A stretch of 64,000 nt of DNA from Escherichia coli. Lineage in GTDB: Bacteria > Pseudomonadota > Gammaproteobacteria > Enterobacterales > Enterobacteriaceae. Shown here in pieces: positions 33,211 through 44,960 of the stretch; the first letter of the stretch is position 1; the number at the start of each line of letters is the position of its first letter. A program made the translations under genes and the position numbers. Location of the stretch: NCBI RefSeq assembly GCF_013315695.1, contig NZ_CP054353.1. One strand, written 5' to 3'. Under the pieces are notes generated by a model, which was not told the DNA's origin, did no database searches, and worked only from the letters and a program-made list of their open reading frames with translations.

Positions 33211-34002
33211 ATGGCAACGCCAGTGAAGAAGTGGTTATTGCGCGTTGCCCCCTGGTTTTTACCGGTGGGCATCGTGGCGGTGTGGCAACTGGCCTCCTCG
33301 GTTGGCTGGCTATCGACGCGTATTTTGCCCTCACCGGAAGGAGTGGTGATGGCGTTCTGGACGCTCTCTGCCAGCGGCGAATTGTGGCAGCATCTGGCGA
33401 TCAGCTCCTGGCGGGCGTTGATTGGCTTTTCAATTGGCGGATCGCTGGGCTTGATTCTGGGACTGATTAGCGGGCTGTCGCACTGGGGAGAACGGCTGCT
33501 GGATACCTCCATTCAGATGTTGCGCAACGTGCCGCATCTGGCGCTGATCCCGCTGGTGATTTTGTGGTTTGGCATTGATGAATCCGCAAAAATCTTTCTG
33601 GTGGCGCTCGGTACGCTATTCCCCATTTATATCAACACCTGGCATGGCATCCGTAATATCGACCGTGGGCTGGTGGAGATGGCACGTAGCTATGGATTAT
33701 CCGGCATACCGCTGTTTATCCATGTGATCCTGCCTGGTGCCCTGCCCTCAATTATGGTCGGTGTGCGTTTTGCTTTGGGCCTGATGTGGCTGACGCTGAT
33801 CGTTGCCGAAACTATTTCTGCCAATTCCGGCATTGGTTATCTGGCGATGAATGCGCGGGAGTTTCTGCAAACGGACGTGGTGGTAGTCGCTATTATTCTT
33901 TACGCCCTGCTCGGCAAACTTGCTGACGTCAGCGCGCAGCTGTTAGAGCGTCTCTGGTTGCGCTGGAACCCGGCTTATCATTTGAAGGAGGCCACGGTAT
34001 GA
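33211..34002 (+). CDS. ssuC: Aliphatic sulfonate ABC transporter permease SsuC
   Basis: 263-aa membrane protein from ATG 33211. Confidence 0.9.
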   Translation: MATPVKKWLLRVAPWFLPVGIVAVWQLASSVGWLSTRILPSPEGVVMAFWTLSASGELWQHLAISSWRALIGFSIGGSLGLILGLISGLSHWGERLLDTSIQMLRNVPHLALIPLVILWFGIDESAKIFLVALGTLFPIYINTWHGIRNIDRGLVEMARSYGLSGIPLFIHVILPGALPSIMVGVRFALGLMWLTLIVAETISANSGIGYLAMNAREFLQTDVVVVAIILYALLGKLADVSAQLLERLWLRWNPAYHLKEATV

Positions 34003-34766
34003 ATACTGCTCGTCTGAACCAGGGCACACCATTGTTGCTCAATGCAGTAAGCAAACATTACGCGGAAAATACCGTCCTGAACCAACTGGATTTACATATT
34101 CCGGCAGGTCAGTTTGTGGCGGTGGTGGGCCGCAGCGGTGGTGGCAAAAGTACCCTGCTGCGCCTGCTGGCAGGTCTGGAAACGCCAACCGCAGGCGACG
34201 TGTTAGCGGGCACCACACCGCTGGCTGAGATTCAGGATGATACGCGAATGATGTTTCAGGACGCGCGTCTGCTGCCGTGGAAATCGGTGATTGATAACGT
34301 TGGGTTAGGCCTTAAAGGCCAGTGGCGCGATGCGGCGCGTCAGGCTCTGGCTGCGGTAGGACTGGAGAATCGCGCGGGGGAATGGCCTGCCGCACTTTCT
34401 GGCGGGCAGAAACAACGTGTGGCGCTGGCAAGGGCGCTGATTCATCGACCGGGTTTATTGTTACTTGATGAACCACTCGGTGCGCTGGACGCTTTAACGC
34501 GACTCGAGATGCAGGATTTGATTGTGTCGCTTTGGCAGAAGCACGGTTTTACCGTTTTGCTGGTGACGCATGATGTGAGCGAAGCGGTAGCAATGGCTGA
34601 CCGGGTGTTGTTAATTGAAGAGGGAAAAATTGGTCTGGATTTAACAGTGGATATCCCCCGTCCGCGTCGGTTAGGGTCGGTACGATTAGCAGAGCTGGAA
34701 GCGGAAGTATTGCAGCGGGTGATGAAGCGTGGTGAATCTGAAACTCGCCTGAGAAAACAGGGGTAA
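33999..34766 (+). CDS. ssuB: Aliphatic sulfonate ABC transporter ATP-binding protein SsuB
   Basis: 255 aa; Walker [13 protein letters not shown] signature [12 protein letters not shown] overlap with ssuC. Confidence 0.9.
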   Translation: MNTARLNQGTPLLLNAVSKHYAENTVLNQLDLHIPAGQFVAVVGRSGGGKSTLLRLLAGLETPTAGDVLAGTTPLAEIQDDTRMMFQDARLLPWKSVIDNVGLGLKGQWRDAARQALAAVGLENRAGEWPAALSGGQKQRVALARALIHRPGLLLLDEPLGALDALTRLEMQDLIVSLWQKHGFTVLLVTHDVSEAVAMADRVLLIEEGKIGLDLTVDIPRPRRLGSVRLAELEAEVLQRVMKRGESETRLRKQG

Positions 34767-34808
34767 ATTCTCCAAATGGCGGCGCTATTGCCGCCATTCG
34801 GTTATTTA

Positions 34809-37421
34809 TTAAGCCAGTGCTTTGGTTATCTTCTCGTACAGATCGCCAGAGAGATTTTCCAGCCCTTTCAACTGCTCCAGCGCCGCGCGCATTTTCTCCT
34901 GACGTTTGGCATCGTAACGTTTCAGGCGAATCAGCGGCTCAATCAGGCGCGATGCCACCTGCGGGTTACGGCTGTTGAGGTCGGTAAGCATTTCCACAAG
35001 GAACTGATAACCGCTGCCATCTTCGGCATGGAACGCTGCCGGGTTGCTGCCCGCAAACGCGCCAATCAACGAACGAATGCGGTTCGGGTTGCTCATGGTA
35101 AATGAGCGATGCTGCAACAGACCGCGCACCGTCTCCAGCACATTCGCCGCCGGGCTGGTGGCTTGCAGGATAAACCATTTATCCATCACCAGACCGTCCA
35201 GATGCCACTTATCGTCGTATTCCTGCATCAGCGCATCACGGCATGGCAGTTGTGCGGCAACCGCCGCAGAAAGCGCCGCCAGCGCATCGGTCATATTGTT
35301 CGCTTCGTGGAACTGCTTGCTCACCAGCACGTCAGCCAGATGCGTTTCACCAAAAGCAAGGAAGCGCAGGCAGGCATTACGCAGAGTGCGTTTCGCAATA
35401 TCTTCATGCTCAACACGGTACTCGCTCTGGTAATTCGCGTTGTAAATAGCCAGCAGCTCATCCGCCAGTTCAGTCGCCAGAGTACGAGTGAGTGCTTCGC
35501 GTACTTCGGCAATAGCAATCGGGTCGATGATATCGAACAGTTCAGCCATTTCATTGACAGAAGGCAGCGTCAGGATTTCTGCCGCCAGCGCCGGATCAAT
35601 CTTCTCATCGAGCAGCACCGCGCGGAAAGCGTCAGCCACATGCACCGGCAGAGACAGCGGCTGCCCTTGCTGATGACGGGCGACGTTTAGCTTGATGTAG
35701 GTTGCCAGCAGGCTTTGCGCCGCATCCCAACGGGAGAAATCATTACGCGCATGACGCATCAGGAAGGTCAGTTGCTGATCGCTCCACTTATATTCCAGTT
35801 TCACTGGCGCAGAGAATTCGCACAGCAGCGCAGGCACCGGCTGGAAGTAGACATTATCAAAGACAAAGGTCTGTTCCGCCTGAGTGACGTTTAGCACGGA
35901 ATTCACCGGATGACCGCCTTTCTGCAACGGGATCACTTTGCCTTCGTTATCATACAATTCGATTGCAAACGGAATATGCAGCGGTTGTTTTTCTGCCTGA
36001 TCCGGCGTAGCTGGCGTGCGCTGGCTGATGGTCAGGGTGTACTGCTCGGTTTCCGGATTATAGTCGTCTTTGACGGTCACAACCGGCGTACCGGACTGGC
36101 TGTACCAACGGCGGAAATGAGAGAGATCGACATTCGACGCATCTTCCATCGCCTGAACAAAGTCGTCGCAGGTTGCCGCGCTGCCATCATGGCGCTCGAA
36201 ATAGAGCTGCATCCCTTTCTGGAAGTTTTCTTCGCCCAGCAGGGTGTGGATCATGCGAATCACTTCCGCGCCCTTCTCGTAAACGGTCAGGGTGTAGAAG
36301 TTGTTCATCTCAATGACCATATCCGGGCGGATCGGGTGCGCCATCGGGCTGGCGTCTTCCGCAAACTGCAATCCGCGCATGGTGCGCACGTTGTTGATAC
36401 GGTTTACCGCGCGAGAACCAAGGTCAGAGCTGAACTCCTGATCGCGGAAGACGGTTAAACCTTCTTTCAGGCTGAGCTGGAACCAGTCGCGGCAGGTCAC
36501 TCGGTTACCGGTCCAGTTATGGAAATATTCATGGCCGATAACGCGTTCAATATCGAGGTAATCTTTGTCGGTGGCGGTATCGGTGCGGGCCAGCACATAT
36601 TTGGAGTTAAAGATATTCAGCCCCTTATTCTCCATTGCGCCCATATTGAAGAAATCCACCGCGACGATCATATAGATGTCGAGGTCATACTCCAGGCCGA
36701 AGCGCTCTTCATCCCATTTCATGGAGTTTTTCAGCGAGGTCATCGCCCACGGCGCACGATCAAGGTTGCCGCGAACGACGTACAGCTCCAGCGCAACTTC
36801 GCGACCAGAACGCGTGGTGAAGGTGTCGCGCAGCACGTCGAAGTCGCCTGCCACCAGCGCAAACAAGTAGCACGGTTTAGGGAACGGGTCCTGCCACTGT
36901 ACCCAGTGACGTCCGTTTTCCAGTTCGCCTTGCGCAACGCGGTTACCGTTGGAAAGCAGGAAGGGATATTGGGTTTTATCGGCAATAATTTTGGTGGTAA
37001 AACGCGCCAGCACGTCCGGGCGGTCGAGATAATACGTAATATGGCGGAAACCTTCGGCTTCACACTGGGTGCAAAGCGCATCGCCTGACTGATAAAGCCC
37101 TTCCAGCGCGGTATTCGTCGCCGGGCTAATTTCATTAACGATCTTAAGCGTAAAACGCTCCGGCAAATTACTGATGACCAGTGCGCCCTCTTCTTCTTTC
37201 CAGGCGGTCCACGGCTCATCATTAATATGAACAGAAACCAGTTTAAGATCTTCGCCATCAAGACGAAGCGGAGCATCTGATGCACCATGACGGACAGCCT
37301 GGCTGACCGCGGTAACGACCGTCTTTTGCGCGTCCAGGTCAAAGGTCAAGTCAATATCAGTAATCTGGTAATCCGGCGCACGATAATCGTGACGGTATTT
37401 GGCTTGTGGCTGTTGAGTCAT
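34809..37421 (-). CDS. pepN: Aminopeptidase N
   Basis: 870 aa M1 metallopeptidase (HEYFHNWTGNRVT zinc motif). Confidence 0.95.
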   Translation of the reverse strand: MTQQPQAKYRHDYRAPDYQITDIDLTFDLDAQKTVVTAVSQAVRHGASDAPLRLDGEDLKLVSVHINDEPWTAWKEEEGALVISNLPERFTLKIVNEISPATNTALEGLYQSGDALCTQCEAEGFRHITYYLDRPDVLARFTTKIIADKTQYPFLLSNGNRVAQGELENGRHWVQWQDPFPKPCYLFALVAGDFDVLRDTFTTRSGREVALELYVVRGNLDRAPWAMTSLKNSMKWDEERFGLEYDLDIYMIVAVDFFNMGAMENKGLNIFNSKYVLARTDTATDKDYLDIERVIGHEYFHNWTGNRVTCRDWFQLSLKEGLTVFRDQEFSSDLGSRAVNRINNVRTMRGLQFAEDASPMAHPIRPDMVIEMNNFYTLTVYEKGAEVIRMIHTLLGEENFQKGMQLYFERHDGSAATCDDFVQAMEDASNVDLSHFRRWYSQSGTPVVTVKDDYNPETEQYTLTISQRTPATPDQAEKQPLHIPFAIELYDNEGKVIPLQKGGHPVNSVLNVTQAEQTFVFDNVYFQPVPALLCEFSAPVKLEYKWSDQQLTFLMRHARNDFSRWDAAQSLLATYIKLNVARHQQGQPLSLPVHVADAFRAVLLDEKIDPALAAEILTLPSVNEMAELFDIIDPIAIAEVREALTRTLATELADELLAIYNANYQSEYRVEHEDIAKRTLRNACLRFLAFGETHLADVLVSKQFHEANNMTDALAALSAAVAAQLPCRDALMQEYDDKWHLDGLVMDKWFILQATSPAANVLETVRGLLQHRSFTMSNPNRIRSLIGAFAGSNPAAFHAEDGSGYQFLVEMLTDLNSRNPQVASRLIEPLIRLKRYDAKRQEKMRAALEQLKGLENLSGDLYEKITKALA

Positions 37422-37639
37422 AAATAACCTTTAGCATCTTTTATAGAGTCTGGTGTTCAGTCTATTCCTGTTGCGTAAATCGCGCTATGCAGAATCTTCA
37501 TCTTTTCAGGTACAAACGCCTTTATTGCTACATTTTTATAACATACACCGCGTAATGCCATCGACCAGAAAGGTGGCATATGGTGTGATCGGGGTTCAAT
37601 AAATTGCGAAACAAGGTATACTCCAGCAGTTCCTGAAGA

Positions 37640-37657
37640 TGTTTATTGTACTAAACG
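37640..37657. promoter_or_regulatory. NadR operator (NAD box) upstream of pncB
   Basis: tgtttattgtactaaaca = perfect TGTTTA-N6-TAAACA inverted repeat 30 bp upstream of pncB ATG. Confidence 0.8.
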
Positions 37658-37686
37658 CTCCTGTACGAGGACGCTACTGCGCACCT

Positions 37687-38889
37687 ATGACACAATTCGC
37701 TTCTCCTGTTCTGCACTCGTTGCTGGATACAGATGCTTATAAGTTGCATATGCAGCAAGCCGTGTTTCATCACTATTACGATGTGCATGTCGCGGCGGAG
37801 TTTCGTTGCCGAGGTGACGATCTGCTGGGTATTTATGCCGATGCTATTCGTGAACAGGTTCAGGCGATGCAGCACCTGCGCCTGCAGGATGATGAATATC
37901 AGTGGCTCTCTGCCCTGCCTTTCTTTCAGGCCGACTATCTTAACTGGTTACGCGAGTTCCGCTTTAACCCGGAACAAGTCACCGTATCCAACGATAATGG
38001 CAAGCTGGATATTCGTTTAAGCGGCCCGTGGCGTGAAGTCATCCTCTGGGAAGTTCCTTTGCTGGCGGTTATCAGTGAAATGGTACATCGCTATCGCTCA
38101 CCGCAGACCGACGTTGCGCAAGCCCTCGACACGCTGGAAAGCAAATTAGTCGACTTCTCGGCATTAACCGCCGGTCTTGATATGTCGCGCTTCCATCTGA
38201 TGGATTTTGGCACCCGCCGCCGTTTTTCTCGCGAAGTACAAGAAACCATCGTTAAGCGTCTGCAACAGGAATCCTGGTTCGTGGGCACCAGCAACTATGA
38301 TCTGGCGCGCCGGCTTTCCCTCACGCCGATGGGAACACAGGCACACGAATGGTTCCAGGCGCATCAGCAAATCAGCCCGGATCTAGCCAACAGCCAGCGA
38401 GCTGCACTTGCTGCCTGGCTGGAAGAATATCCCGACCAACTTGGCATTGCATTAACCGACTGCATCACTATGGATGCTTTCCTGCGTGATTTCGGTGTCG
38501 AGTTCGCCAGTCGCTATCAGGGCCTGCGTCATGACTCTGGCGACCCGGTTGAATGGGGTGAAAAAGCCATTGCACATTATGAGAAGCTGGGAATTGATCC
38601 ACAGAGTAAAACGCTGGTTTTCTCTGACAATCTGGATTTACGCAAAGCGGTTGAGCTATACCGCCATTTCTCTTCCCGCGTGCAATTAAGTTTTGGTATT
38701 GGGACTCGCCTGACCTGCGATATCCCCCAGGTAAAACCCCTGAATATTGTCATTAAGTTGGTTGAGTGTAACGGTAAACCGGTGGCGAAACTTTCTGACA
38801 GCCCTGGCAAAACTATCTGCCACGATAAAGCGTTTGTTCGGGCACTGCGCAAAGCATTCGACCTTCCGCATATTAAAAAAGCCAGTTAA
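37687..38889 (+). CDS. pncB: Nicotinate phosphoribosyltransferase
   Basis: 400 aa from internal ATG 37687 ([14 protein letters not shown]...). Confidence 0.92.
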   Translation: MTQFASPVLHSLLDTDAYKLHMQQAVFHHYYDVHVAAEFRCRGDDLLGIYADAIREQVQAMQHLRLQDDEYQWLSALPFFQADYLNWLREFRFNPEQVTVSNDNGKLDIRLSGPWREVILWEVPLLAVISEMVHRYRSPQTDVAQALDTLESKLVDFSALTAGLDMSRFHLMDFGTRRRFSREVQETIVKRLQQESWFVGTSNYDLARRLSLTPMGTQAHEWFQAHQQISPDLANSQRAALAAWLEEYPDQLGIALTDCITMDAFLRDFGVEFASRYQGLRHDSGDPVEWGEKAIAHYEKLGIDPQSKTLVFSDNLDLRKAVELYRHFSSRVQLSFGIGTRLTCDIPQVKPLNIVIKLVECNGKPVAKLSDSPGKTICHDKAFVRALRKAFDLPHIKKAS

Positions 38890-39056
38890 TATCATCAGGG
38901 AGCTAATCGGCTCCCTTTTTTACCTTTAATTCCGAAATCTTTCGCTGCATTTGCGAATTCTGCTTGTCTGATTGCAGATGCCAGGTAACATAGGTATCCC
39001 CCCATTTACGGGTGGACAAGTGTTTATTTTTTCCGACTATTAACAGAGAGAATATT

Positions 39057-40457
39057 ATGAGCGTTGTGCCTGTAGCCGACGTACTCCAGGGCCGCGTAGC
39101 CGTTGACAGCGAAGTCACCGTGCGCGGATGGGTACGTACCCGCCGAGATTCAAAAGCTGGCATCTCCTTCCTCGCCGTTTATGACGGTTCCTGCTTTGAT
39201 CCTGTACAGGCTGTCATCAATAATTCTCTGCCCAATTACAATGAAGACGTCCTGCGTCTGACCACCGGCTGCTCGGTCATTGTGACGGGTAAAGTCGTGG
39301 CGTCGCCGGGCCAGGGGCAACAATTTGAAATTCAGGCCAGCAAGGTTGAAGTTGCTGGTTGGGTTGAAGATCCAGACACTTACCCGATGGCGGCAAAACG
39401 CCACAGCATTGAGTATCTGCGTGAAGTCGCTCACCTGCGTCCGCGCACAAACCTGATTGGTGCCGTCGCGCGCGTTCGCCATACGCTGGCGCAGGCGCTG
39501 CATCGCTTCTTTAACGAGCAGGGATTCTTCTGGGTTTCAACGCCACTGATTACTGCGTCTGATACCGAAGGGGCTGGCGAAATGTTCCGCGTTTCTACGC
39601 TGGATCTGGAAAACCTGCCGCGTAACGATCAGGGCAAAGTGGATTTCGACAAAGACTTCTTTGGTAAAGAGTCTTTCCTGACCGTATCTGGCCAGTTGAA
39701 CGGCGAAACCTACGCTTGCGCATTATCCAAAATTTATACCTTCGGCCCGACTTTCCGTGCTGAAAACTCCAACACCAGCCGTCACCTGGCGGAATTCTGG
39801 ATGCTGGAGCCGGAAGTGGCGTTTGCTAACCTGAACGATATCGCGGGTCTGGCTGAAGCCATGCTGAAATATGTCTTCAAAGCGGTTCTCGAAGAACGCG
39901 CTGACGACATGAAATTCTTCGCTGAACGCGTAGATAAAGATGCCGTTTCACGTCTGGAACGCTTCATTGAAGCCGATTTTGCGCAGGTGGATTACACCGA
40001 CGCAGTGACCATTCTCGAAAACTGCGGCAGGAAGTTTGAAAACCCTGTTTACTGGGGCGTTGATCTCTCTTCTGAGCATGAGCGTTATCTGGCGGAAGAA
40101 CACTTTAAAGCACCGGTAGTGGTTAAAAACTATCCGAAAGATATTAAAGCGTTCTATATGCGCCTTAACGAAGACGGTAAAACCGTTGCGGCTATGGACG
40201 TTCTGGCTCCGGGCATCGGTGAGATCATTGGTGGCTCTCAGCGTGAAGAACGCCTGGACGTGCTGGACGAGCGTATGCTGGAAATGGGCCTGAATAAAGA
40301 AGATTACTGGTGGTATCGCGATCTGCGTCGCTACGGTACTGTTCCGCATTCAGGTTTCGGTCTTGGTTTTGAACGCCTGATTGCTTACGTAACTGGTGTG
40401 CAAAACGTGCGTGATGTGATTCCGTTCCCACGTACTCCGCGTAACGCCAGCTTCTAA
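39057..40457 (+). CDS. asnS: Asparagine--tRNA ligase
   Basis: 466 aa from ATG 39057 ([13 protein letters not shown]...); class II aaRS. Confidence 0.95.
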
Positions 40458-40470
40458 TTTAGCGTCTTCA

Positions 40471-40498
40471 AGAGCCAGCGCCCGCTGGCTCTTTTTTT
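40471..40498 (+). terminator. asnS intrinsic terminator
   Basis: agagccagcgcccgctggctct hairpin followed by T7. Confidence 0.8.
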
Positions 40499-40608
40499 AT
40501 CCTTTCTGTCAAGTTATCTGTTTGTTAAGTCAAGCAATCTATTTGCAACCCCGCCATAACGATCATCCTGTTACGGAATATTACACTGCAACATTTGCGC
40601 ACAAAAAA

Positions 40609-40640
40609 TAATCCGCATTCTTATTGCGGATTAGTTTTTT
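40609..40640 (+). terminator. Second, orphan terminator-like hairpin in asnS-ompF intergenic region
   Basis: taatccgca-ttcttat-tgcggatta (9-bp perfect stem) followed by gttttttc and preceded by aaaaaa. Confidence 0.55.
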
Positions 40641-40849
40641 CTTAGCTGATAGCACAATTTTCATACTATTTTTTGGCGTTCTGGATGTCTGAACGAGGAT
40701 TTAGTGCCAGGTCGATAAAGTTTCCATCAGAAACAAAATTTCCTTTTAGTTAATTTAAATATAAGGAAATCATATAAATAGATAAAAATTGCTGTAAATA
40801 TCATCACGCTTCTATGGAAATATGACGGTGTTCACAAAGTTCCTTAAAT

Positions 40850-40910
40850 TTTACTTTTAGTTACATATTTTTTCTTTTTGAAACCAAATCTTTATCTTTG
40901 TAGCACTTTC
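40850..40910 (+). promoter_or_regulatory. OmpR binding sites F1-F2-F3 of the ompF promoter
   Basis: ttacttttagttacatattt / tttctttttgaaaccaaatc / tttatctttgtagcactttc tandem 20-bp elements match known ompF OmpR boxes. Confidence 0.7.
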
Positions 40911-40949
40911 ACGGTAGCGAAACGTTAGTTTGAATGGAAAGATGCCTGC

Positions 40950-41058
40950 AGACACATAAAGACACCAAACTCTCATCAATAGTTCCGTAAATTTTTATTG
41001 ACAGAACTTATTGACGGCAGTGGCAGGTGTCATAAAAAAACCATGAGGGTAATAAATA
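40950..41058 (+). promoter_or_regulatory. ompF 5' UTR (about 110 nt; includes MicF sRNA pairing region around RBS)
   Basis: Position inferred from OmpR box spacing; RBS gagggt before ATG 41059. Confidence 0.55.
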
Positions 41059-42132
41059 ATGATGAAGCGCAATATTCTGGCAGTGATCGTCCCTGCTCTG
41101 TTAGTAGCAGGTACTGCAAACGCTGCAGAAATCTATAACAAAGATGGCAACAAAGTAGATCTGTACGGTAAAGCTGTCGGTCTGCATTATTTTTCTAAAG
41201 ACAATGGTGTAAACAGTTACGGCGGAAACGGCGACAAAACTTATGCCCGTCTTGGTTTTAAAGGGGAAACACAAATCAATTCCGATCTGACCGGCTACGG
41301 TCAGTGGGAATATAACTTCCAGGGTAACAACTCTGAAGGCGCTGATGCCCAGAAAGGTAACAAAACTCGTCTGGCATTCGCAGGTCTGAAATTCGCTGAT
41401 GCGGGTTCTATCGACTACGGTCGTAACTACGGTGTGGTTTACGACGCACTGGGTTACACCGATATGCTGCCTGAGTTCGGCGGTGACACGGCATACAGCG
41501 ATGACTTCTTCGTTGGTCGTGTAGGCGGCGTTGCTACCTATCGTAACTCCAACTTCTTCGGTCTGGTTGACGGCCTGAACTTTGCCGTTCAGTACTTGGG
41601 CAAAAACGAACGTGCTGGTATTCCTGAGCGTTCCAACGGCGACGGCGTCGGTGGCTCTATCAGCTACGAATTCGAAGGCTTTGGTATCGTAGGTGCTTAC
41701 GGTGCAGCAGACCGTACCGACGCCCAGGAAGCCGAATTCCGCGGTCAGGGTAAAAAAGCTGAACAGTGGGCAACTGGTCTGAAGTATGACGCGAACAACA
41801 TCTACCTGGCAGCGAACTACGGTGAAACCCGTAACGCTACGCCAATTGAAGGCGGCTTCGCCAACAAAACGCAAGACGTTCTGTTAGTTGCGCAATACCA
41901 GTTCGATTTCGGTCTGCGTCCGTCCATCGCTTACACCAAATCTAAAGCGAAAGACGTAGAAGGTATCGGTGATGTTGATCTGGTGAACTACTTTGAAGTG
42001 GGCGCAACCTACTACTTCAACAAAAACATGTCCACCTATGTTGACTACATCATCAACCAGATCGATTCTGACAACAAACTGGGCGTAGGTTCAGACGACA
42101 CCGTTGCTGTGGGTATCGTTTACCAGTTCTAA
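41059..42132 (+). CDS. ompF: Outer membrane porin OmpF (non-K-12 loop allele)
   Basis: 357-aa precursor with signal peptide [22 protein letters not shown] and C-terminal ...GIVYQF; barrel segments match OmpF, loops differ from K-12 as I recall it. Confidence 0.93.
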   Translation: MMKRNILAVIVPALLVAGTANAAEIYNKDGNKVDLYGKAVGLHYFSKDNGVNSYGGNGDKTYARLGFKGETQINSDLTGYGQWEYNFQGNNSEGADAQKGNKTRLAFAGLKFADAGSIDYGRNYGVVYDALGYTDMLPEFGGDTAYSDDFFVGRVGGVATYRNSNFFGLVDGLNFAVQYLGKNERAGIPERSNGDGVGGSISYEFEGFGIVGAYGAADRTDAQEAEFRGQGKKAEQWATGLKYDANNIYLAANYGETRNATPIEGGFANKTQDVLLVAQYQFDFGLRPSIAYTKSKAKDVEGIGDVDLVNYFEVGATYYFNKNMSTYVDYIINQIDSDNKLGVGSDDTVAVGIVYQF

Positions 42133-42161
42133 TAGCACACCTCTTTGTTAAATGCCGAAAA

Positions 42162-42188
42162 AACAGGACGTTGGTCCTGTTTTTTTTA
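42162..42188 (+). terminator. ompF intrinsic terminator
   Basis: aacaggacgttggtcctgtt hairpin followed by T8. Confidence 0.85.
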
Positions 42189-42316
42189 TGCCTTCCAGAG
42201 CAATCTCACGTCTTGCAAAAACAGCCTGCGTTTTCATCAGTAATAGTTGGAATTTTGTAAATCTCCCGTTACCCTGATAGCGGACTTCCCTTCTGTAACC
42301 ATAATGGAACCTCGTC

Positions 42317-43507
42317 ATGTTTGAGAACATTACCGCCGCTCCTGCCGACCCGATTCTGGGCCTGGCCGATCTGTTTCGTGCCGATGAACGTCCCGGCAAA
42401 ATTAACCTCGGGATTGGTGTCTATAAAGATGAGACGGGCAAAACCCCGGTACTGACCAGCGTGAAAAAGGCTGAACAGTATTTGCTCGAAAATGAAACCA
42501 CCAAAAATTACCTCGGCATTGACGGCATCCCTGAATTTGGTCGCTGCACTCAGGAACTGCTGTTTGGTAAAGGTAGCGCCCTGATCAATGACAAACGTGC
42601 TCGCACGGCACAGACTCCGGGTGGCACTGGCGCACTACGCGTGGCTGCCGATTTCCTGGCAAAAAATACCAGCGTTAAGCGTGTGTGGGTGAGCAACCCA
42701 AGCTGGCCGAACCATAAAAGCGTCTTTAACTCTGCAGGTCTGGAAGTTCGTGAATACGCTTATTATGATGCAGAAAATCACACCCTTGACTTCGATGCAC
42801 TGATTAACAGCCTGAACGAAGCTCAGGCTGGCGACGTAGTGCTGTTCCATGGCTGCTGCCATAACCCAACCGGTATCGACCCTACGCTGGAACAATGGCA
42901 GACACTGGCACAACTTTCCGTTGAGAAAGGCTGGTTACCGCTGTTTGACTTCGCTTACCAGGGGTTTGCCCGTGGTCTGGAAGAAGATGCTGAAGGACTG
43001 CGCGCTTTCGCGGCTATGCATAAAGAGCTGATTGTTGCAAGTTCCTACTCTAAAAACTTTGGCCTGTACAACGAGCGTGTTGGCGCTTGTACTCTGGTTG
43101 CTGCTGACAGTGAGACCGTTGATCGCGCATTCAGCCAAATGAAAGCGGCGATTCGCGCTAACTACTCTAACCCACCAGCACACGGCGCTTCTGTTGTTGC
43201 CACCATCCTGAGCAACGATGCGTTACGTGCGATTTGGGAACAAGAGCTGACTGATATGCGCCAGCGTATTCAGCGTATGCGTCAGTTGTTCGTCAATACG
43301 CTGCAGGAAAAAGGCGCAAACCGCGACTTCAGCTTTATCATCAAACAGAACGGCATGTTCTCCTTCAGTGGCCTGACAAAAGAACAAGTGCTGCGTCTGC
43401 GCGAAGAGTTTGGCGTGTATGCTGTTGCTTCTGGTCGTGTGAACGTAGCCGGGATGACACCAGATAACATGGCTCCGCTGTGCGAAGCGATTGTGGCAGT
43501 GCTGTAA
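42317..43507 (+). CDS. aspC: Aspartate aminotransferase
   Basis: 396 aa ([20 protein letters not shown]...), PLP-dependent aminotransferase. Confidence 0.95.
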   Translation: MFENITAAPADPILGLADLFRADERPGKINLGIGVYKDETGKTPVLTSVKKAEQYLLENETTKNYLGIDGIPEFGRCTQELLFGKGSALINDKRARTAQTPGGTGALRVAADFLAKNTSVKRVWVSNPSWPNHKSVFNSAGLEVREYAYYDAENHTLDFDALINSLNEAQAGDVVLFHGCCHNPTGIDPTLEQWQTLAQLSVEKGWLPLFDFAYQGFARGLEEDAEGLRAFAAMHKELIVASSYSKNFGLYNERVGACTLVAADSETVDRAFSQMKAAIRANYSNPPAHGASVVATILSNDALRAIWEQELTDMRQRIQRMRQLFVNTLQEKGANRDFSFIIKQNGMFSFSGLTKEQVLRLREEFGVYAVASGRVNVAGMTPDNMAPLCEAIVAVL

Positions 43508-43522
43508 GCGTTAAAAACAATG

Positions 43523-43549
43523 AAGCCCGCTTAAAAAGCGGGCTTTTTT
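43523..43549. terminator. Bidirectional terminator between convergent aspC and ycbL
   Basis: aagcccgctt-aaaa-agcgggctt hairpin flanked by A/T tracts. Confidence 0.8.
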
Positions 43550-43557
43550 ATGCGCCT

Positions 43558-44205
43558 TTACCAGACGGGCATTTCGTCTTGCAGGAAGGGATTATGCAGG
43601 CGCTCATAACCAAGTGTGGATAATGGTCCGTGACCCGGAATAAATGTCACGTCATCCCCCAGTGGCAGCAATTTATCTTTGATTGAAGAAATCAGTTGAT
43701 TATGATCGCCACGCGGGAAGTCACTGCGCCCTACTCCACCTTTGAAAATAACGTCGCCAGAAATCAGCAGCCTTGCCCGCTCATCAAAAAACACGACATG
43801 ACCCGGCGTATGCCCAGGGCAATGTAACACCTGTAAAGTCACATTCCCTATGCTGATGGTATCGCCTTCGTTCAGCCAACGATCTGGCGTCAGCGGCTGG
43901 CACTCTTCCAGACCAAACATACGACTTTGCGCAGGCAAGCCTTGCAGCCAGAACTCATCTTCTTTTTCCGGGCCAAAAACCGGCACGCCGTAATGTTGCG
44001 CCAGTTCCGCCGCTGCGCCAACGTGGTCCAGATGACCATGAGTCAGCAGGATCTGCATCAGTGTCAGGCCGCTGGCATCAACTTCCTGTTTGATTTTTTC
44101 CGCATCGCCGCCAGGATCGACCAGTGCGGCCAGACGGGTTTGTTCACACCAGATCAATGAACAGTTCTGGGAGAATGCGGTGACCGGAATAATACGATAG
44201 TTCAT
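43558..44205 (-). CDS. ycbL: Metallo-beta-lactamase fold hydrolase YcbL (glyoxalase II-like, GloC)
   Basis: 215 aa with THGHLDH metal-binding motif. Confidence 0.85.
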   Translation of the reverse strand: MNYRIIPVTAFSQNCSLIWCEQTRLAALVDPGGDAEKIKQEVDASGLTLMQILLTHGHLDHVGAAAELAQHYGVPVFGPEKEDEFWLQGLPAQSRMFGLEECQPLTPDRWLNEGDTISIGNVTLQVLHCPGHTPGHVVFFDERARLLISGDVIFKGGVGRSDFPRGDHNQLISSIKDKLLPLGDDVTFIPGHGPLSTLGYERLHNPFLQDEMPVW

Positions 44206-44231
44206 ACTGCCCCTGTTTCGTTAAGCGATTA

Positions 44232-44780
44232 CTACCAGTGCCGTGCTGGCCCGGTATCAATATGCACAAAGTTACTACGTGGGTAATATCCTACACCACC
44301 TGCGCGCATAGATAACGCGGCTTTGCGAATATTGCTTAACGCGATACCTTCAATATGGAAATCCATCGCCTGCCCTTTCGTGTGATAGCTTTTCTTCGCT
44401 ACTCCACGGCTGCGGGCGCGTAGTTCATTGTTGGTATCAATGGAACGATAACCGGAAATGAGTTGCACCGGTTTGCGGGTACCTAATAACCCTTGCAGGC
44501 GATACAACTGATCGAACAATCCTGGGTCGATGGACTTTATTTTGTTCGCGCGGTAATCGCGGAAAAAATGGTTAAGTTTTGCCAATTCTTCCTGAATATA
44601 GCCTCTGCCATCGAAAAACTCCGCTTTGATTGACTCTCCGGTATGAAGATTATTGAGTGTCAAAATGCGCGGGCGTGGGGTAGAGAGTGTTGCAAACGCA
44701 GGGGTCGGCAGGATGGCGGCACCGAGTGCAACGCCACCAAGCGCCAGCAGTTTGCGGCGATTAGCGTCGAATTTGTCCAT
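44232..44780 (-). CDS. mepK: Peptidoglycan L,D-endopeptidase MepK (YcbK), Tat signal
   Basis: 182 aa from internal ATG (MDKFDANRRKLLALGG... twin-arginine motif). Confidence 0.85.
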   Translation of the reverse strand: MDKFDANRRKLLALGGVALGAAILPTPAFATLSTPRPRILTLNNLHTGESIKAEFFDGRGYIQEELAKLNHFFRDYRANKIKSIDPGLFDQLYRLQGLLGTRKPVQLISGYRSIDTNNELRARSRGVAKKSYHTKGQAMDFHIEGIALSNIRKAALSMRAGGVGYYPRSNFVHIDTGPARHW

Positions 44781-44960
44781 GATAATCAAGTCTACAGGTC
44801 AATGTTATCGTTTATATGCACTTCTGGCGCACAAGAGGCACCTTAACCGTCAGTAAAGCTGACGTCAAGATGACTCAACCCCAGCAGTGACGGGGGCTGC
44901 AGAGAATCGCCCCCGATCATGCTAATTATTACGACAACTGATTTCCCCGAACTGCTTCAT

